From positions 137,868,737-137,932,736 of the forward strand of contig NC_052160.1 in assembly GCF_902713615.1 (NCBI RefSeq): a DNA stretch of 64,000 nt, in the 5' to 3' direction. The notes beneath the pieces were generated by a model, which saw only the letters and a list, made by a program, of their open reading frames with translations, did not search any database and was not told the origin of the DNA. The position numbers and the translations under genes were made by a program. This DNA is from Scyliorhinus canicula (Eukaryota). Below, in pieces: positions 58,974 through 64,000 of the stretch (position 1 is the stretch's first letter; every line of letters begins with the position of its first letter).

Positions 58974-59303
58974 CTTCACAGACACAGACGGCTTCGATAG
59001 TGCTGAGAGCTGCAGTGGGAGAAACCATCACAGTGGGATGTCCACAGGCAGAAAGGTACAAAAGAAACTATGTCATCTGGTGGTGCAGGGCAATTTCGGG
59101 AACTCGGTTCAATCATATATCGAGCATTTATGGGCAGACAGTCAGAAATGATTATCGAGGAACATCGATTGCTGATACCAATGGCAAGATTTCAATAACC
59201 ATACAACACCTTGAAGAGAAAGATACTGGAACATACTGGTGTGGACCAGGAGATAAACACACATTCAGTGTTTCAGATGTTATATTGCTGAAGGTTTTCA
59301 CAG
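58974..59303 (+). CDS. Gene 3 exon: V-set Ig domain D1; the gene continues beyond the window
   Basis: Same boundaries as 2711-3040; 330 nt, 7 nt differences from gene 1 D1. Confidence 0.9.
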
Positions 59304-61546
59304 GTAAGAATGTTTCAGAAGATTAATTCTAGCGTTGATAATGTGGTTGGGCTGCAGTAACACTGCTGCTGTGTGAGCTCAGACTATGAAAGGATTATCA
59401 CAGCTCGTTATGTGCAAGTAAAGACCCCCCCATCCTCCTATTTCTCTCCATTTCCATTAACCTCTCTAAACATACTTCCACCGTACACATCGACAAACCT
59501 AAAATCATATTCCATCCAATGCCTCTTTTTAAAAATTATTTTACGGTATGTTGGCGTCGCTGGCTAGGCCAGCATTTCTTTTCCTAGAAAATGAGCACGA
59601 TAAAGGTGCTGGAAAAAGCATCGACCGACCAGAGCGACCAAATGGTCGCCCGGAGGCTGAACTGAAGAGGTTGCTGGCGACCCAGGGGAGCCGGATGGGG
59701 AAGGGTGAGGACCAGGAAAATCAGTCGAGGTGACAGAACATTTGAATAGTGGACCTGCCGGAGGGAATCGAGGGCAGGGACTCGACCGACTACATGGCTC
59801 AAATTCTGGGCACCCTAGTGAGGAGTGACAGCTTCCGCAAGCCACCGGAGATTGACAGGGGTCACAGGTCACTCAGACCAACGCCCAAGGCAGAGTGGCA
59901 GCCGAGAGCGGTCATAGCCAAGCTGCAGAAGTACCAGGGCCGGGAAAGGATCCTTTACTGGGTCAGACAGTCAAAGTCATGTAACTGGGAGGGACATGAA
60001 ATTAGAATCTACCAGGACATTGGGGCGGACCTGGCAAAGCGCTGGCGGAATTTAATCAGGGCAAAGTCGGCCCTATATAAAATCAAAGTCAGATTTGAGA
60101 TGTTATTCCCAGCCAGACTCTGGGTTACATATTAGGGTGAGGAACATTATTTTACTGACCTGCAGAGGCGGACAAGTCCATCCGTAAGATCCGTTTGGAC
60201 AGACAGCAGAGAGGCAGCGATGAGGCAGACACAGAGGAAGCGGAGGAAACTAATGGAGAATTTTGGACGGGGCTACATCACCTCGCGGTGAACAGGGGAA
60301 CCAGCTCATGGGAAGGAGAGGGCGAGGGCACCAGAGAGCAGGAGAGGGTGAGGAGGAGATAGCAGGGTCATCAGCAGAGCGGGTGTGGGGGTGGGTAAGA
60401 TGGACCCTGGGAGGGGGGGACACCATACCAGCAGGAAAGGTAGCAGCAGGAACTATGAGGGAGAGGGGGGCAGCGGCACATCTCCCAGGAGACAGCATGT
60501 GGCGGGGTGGGGGTGCGGGGGAAGACACGGCGTCGAGGGGCGGGGGAGTTAGACAGAAGAGGAGGGAGGTGGGGGTTGAGGGTAGGGGGGTCTCAGCGAG
60601 GGGAGGAAACAAAACCACAGGGGGAACAAAACGGTAAGAGTGGAAAGGCTCTAGACTGGCTTCAGCAGGTTGATGCACGATCAATTGAACAAAGACTAGA
60701 ATTGGATACAACTGAGGCTTTATTGCTCTAAGATGTGTGGCCTCCCACAGCAGATGGCAAAATGGCTGCCACATGGAGGACACACATATTTATACTCCGT
60801 CTACTGGATGGAGCCAGCAGGCAGGGACTACCAACATACCTGTAGTACAGGTCCTACCATAAATCACCTAATAGAGGTGCAACAGTGGTTTACCACAAGG
60901 TGGTGTGTGTTTGAGGTGCAGAAGTCGGGGGTGGAGAGAGCCATCGTCGGGGATCTGGGCTCAAGGTTTGGTGGCATCTTTTGCGGCCTCTAGACTCGGG
61001 CCGAGATGAGGATGAGAGGGATGTTGGCCCGAGGCCAGAAATGGGTGAGGGTGGTGGGGAGAGATTCTTTGGATTATTTGATATGGGGGGAAGGAGGTGG
61101 GGGGTAGTATCGAAAACTAGACTCTGTGTAAGATTCAGAACACAAAATACAGGTTAACTTCAACAGTTCATTTATTTACTTGCAGCAAGGGGGGACTGCA
61201 CCGAAGCAAAGATTAGGGTGTGAATCTGAAGTATAACAGTTCTCCTGGGATATTTATACACTGGAGTAAACAAGTAACACATGCCTTAAAATCCCTGACT
61301 CAGCTTAAAATCCTAAAAGACCAACATTTAACTTGAAATTGTGACTCCTACTATGCCAAGATGCACTCAAGCTGTATCGACAATGTATCAATACATTCCT
61401 ATCACAATGTGGGGAAACAGATGGCTAGAGATAAGGAAGTGACACTACAATACTCAGGAAAGGGGACTCTCCGACCTATTCTTGCACCCTCAGCAGTATT
61501 GTGAGCCCACCACAAAGATGGCCAAGTATCCCATCATGCACTGGTT

Positions 61547-63730
61547 ACTGTGGGTCGACACTATGTTAGATTGACTGAAGACCTATGTCTAACCTGACCA
61601 GCCTATACTGCTAGCACATGGTGAAGGTTTGTGCTACTGACTGCGGGCTCTGTCTGTCTCAGAGGCTGCATCCCCAATGAGCGGGAAAACTAGTGCCCTC
61701 TGGCTTTATAGTGAGCGTGCCCTAACTGGTGATTGGCTGCTGTGTTGTGTGTGTTGATTGGTCTTGCAGTGTCCCAGTCAGTGTGTATCTCTGCACCATC
61801 ATACACTGATGTGTATATTATGACATCCACCCTTTTTTTTTTAAATGTGTGTTTGTGGCAATAAATAATGTATGATGTGAATGTTCCTAACTATGTGTGG
61901 CATATGTGAGCATATTTACTAGATTATGTATAGAAACTCTAAGATATTTAGATTGGAAGGTGTCTAGTGCAGATGGACAGTATGTAACAGACAAATAACT
62001 AGAACAACAGTATGTACAAACCAGTGAGTTAATCAAACAGGGCAAAGAAACAATCAGTTCATGAGTTCAGAGAGTCCATGAATTCAGGCAGTTCATAAAT
62101 TTAGTCTCTGAGGTGGGCGACGAATTCTGGTTGACCGCCTCAAGGGTGGGTCAGGGGCCGCCTGTTCTGGAATGGGTTGGACTGTAGCAGACTCAGAAGG
62201 TGGCAGAGCGAAAGAGAGATCTGCAAAGTCCGTAACGGGTTTGTCGTGATGGCGAGGCAGTACATGATGATCTGGTGGCGAGTGAGGAAGGAGTCGTAGT
62301 GCCCGCCTATTTCGGCGCAGAAGAGAGCTGTCTGGTAGACGAACCAAAAATGACCTGGGGGCCACTTGTCTGAGCACCACAGCAGTGGCGGACCAGCCAC
62401 CATCTGGAAGTTGGACACAGACGTCATCATCAGGAGCCAGAGCAGGGAGATCCGTGACACGGGTGTCGTAGGCTGATTTCTGTTGGGCCAGAGACAGCTG
62501 CATTCGGCGAAGGACTGGAACGTTGTCCAAGTCCGGGTCATGAATGGCCAGCGCCATTGCCCGCAGCGTGCGATTCATCAATAATTGAGCCGGTGACAGG
62601 CCGGTGGACAATGGAGCGGATCTGTAAGCAAGCAGGGCGAGGTAAAAATCAGATCCTGCATCAGCCGCCTTGCACAGGAGTTGTTTTACGATGTGCACCC
62701 CCTTTTCAGCTTTGCCTTTGGACTGGTGGTAATGGGGACTGGACGTGACATGTGTGCAGTTGTATCGTTTGGCAAAGTTGGACCACTCCTGACTGGCAAA
62801 ACATGGGCCATTGTCGGACATGACCGTGAGCGGGATGCCATGGCGAGCGAAGGTTTCCTTGCACGCACGGGTAACCGCTGTCGACGTGAGGTCGTGTAGC
62901 CTAACTACCTCCGGGTAGTTCGAGAAATAGTCCACTATGAGGACGTAGTCCCGGCCAAGCGGATGGAACAGGTCGATGCCCACTTTGGTCCAGAGGGACG
63001 TGACAAACTAATGGGGTTGCAAGGTCTCCCTTGGCTGAGCAGGCTGGAATCGCTGGCATGTTGGGCAGTTGAGAATGGCGTTGGCTATGTCCTCGTTGAT
63101 TCCAGGCCAGTACACTGCTTCACGGGCCCGTCGGCGGCATTTCTCCACTCCCAGGTGGCCCTCATGGAGCTGCTCAAGGACGAGGTTGCGCATGCTGTGC
63201 GGTATGACGATCCTGTCCAATTTGAGTAGAATTCCATCTACCACCGCCAGGTCCTCTTTAACGTTATAGAATTGAGGGCATTGGCCCTTGAGCTAACCGT
63301 CTGTCAGGTGGCGCATGACACGTTGGAGCAGGGGATCGTCGGCCATCTCACGACAATTCTGGATGAGTTGTTCATCCGTGGCGGGCAGATTGGATGCGGC
63401 GAATGCCACATGAGCATCAATCTGGCACACGAAGCCCGCTGGGTCGCAGGATGTGGTGACAGATCGGGAGAGTGCATCGGCAACGGTGAGCCCCTTACCC
63501 GGGGTGTAGACGAGCTCGAAGTCGTACCGCCTGAGTTTAAGGAGAATGTGCTGCAGGCGCGGCGTCGTGTCGTTAAAGTCTTCTTGAATGATATTGACCA
63601 GTGGCCTGTGGTCTGTCTCGACTGTGAACTTTGGAAGTCCATTGACATAGTCATGGAATTTGACGACTCCGGCAAGAAGGCCCAGGCACTCTTTTTCAAT
63701 TTGCGCATAGCACTGTTCGGTGGGCGTCAT
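61547..63730 (-). mobile_element. Duplicate of the outer Gypsy 3' part (truncated LTR, integrase, RNase H)
   Basis: ORF 62093-62983 has the same translation as 5836-6726. Confidence 0.9.
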
Positions 63731-64000
63731 TGGATTGGATTGGATTGGATTGGATTTGTTTATTGTCACGTGTACCGAGGTACAGTGAAAAGTATTTTTA
63801 TGCAAGCAGCTCAACAGATCATTCAGTACATGGAAGAAAAGGGAATTAAACAAAATTCAAGAAAAGACAAGAAAATACATAATAGGGCAACACAAGATAT
63901 ACAATGTAACTACATAAGCATTGGCATCGGATGAAGCATACAGGGTGTAGTGTTAATGAGGTCAGTCAATAAGAGGGTCATTTAGGAGTCTGGTGACAGT
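63729..64000 (-). mobile_element. Duplicate of the Rex/Babar 3' end
   Basis: (CCAAT)n tail and 3' UTR matching 7472-7743. Confidence 0.85.

Larger units (their letters stand above)
56265..64000. repeat. Segmental direct duplication, copy B
   Basis: Colinear with 1-7743 at about 99% identity, with a ~40-nt deletion near 60400. Confidence 0.95.

Overview
Repeat-rich vertebrate genomic DNA, most likely an elasmobranch (shark). This is inferred from V-SINE/HE1-type SINEs, CR1 LINEs with an esterase ORF1, Rex/Babar and Penelope elements. Hidden among the repeats is a tandem + strand cluster of multi-exon immune-type receptor genes that the ORF track shows only as fragments. Splice sites and phases give the architecture leader - V-set Ig (D1) - V-set Ig (D2) - 31-nt stalk - transmembrane exon with an intramembrane Arg - very short tail. 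The Ig domains resemble the CD300/pIgR/TREM (CMRF35-like, skate MDIR-like) group. Gene 2 is complete (27237-39284, 284 aa in the preferred model), gene 1 lacks its leader (upstream of the window), and gene 3 runs off the right edge. Bases 1-7743 recur at about 99% identity at 56265-64000, implying a ~56.3-kb unit holding two receptor genes, or a falsely duplicated haplotype. The rest is mobile DNA: a three-level nest (Gypsy > Rex/Babar > Gypsy + SINE), further Gypsy copies and solo LTRs with TSDs, CR1 and L1 fragments, a Penelope fragment with a hammerhead-like motif, Harbinger-like MITEs, SINEs and several minisatellites. There are two N gaps (28231-28340, 52075-52258). All difference counts were made by eye and no database search was run.
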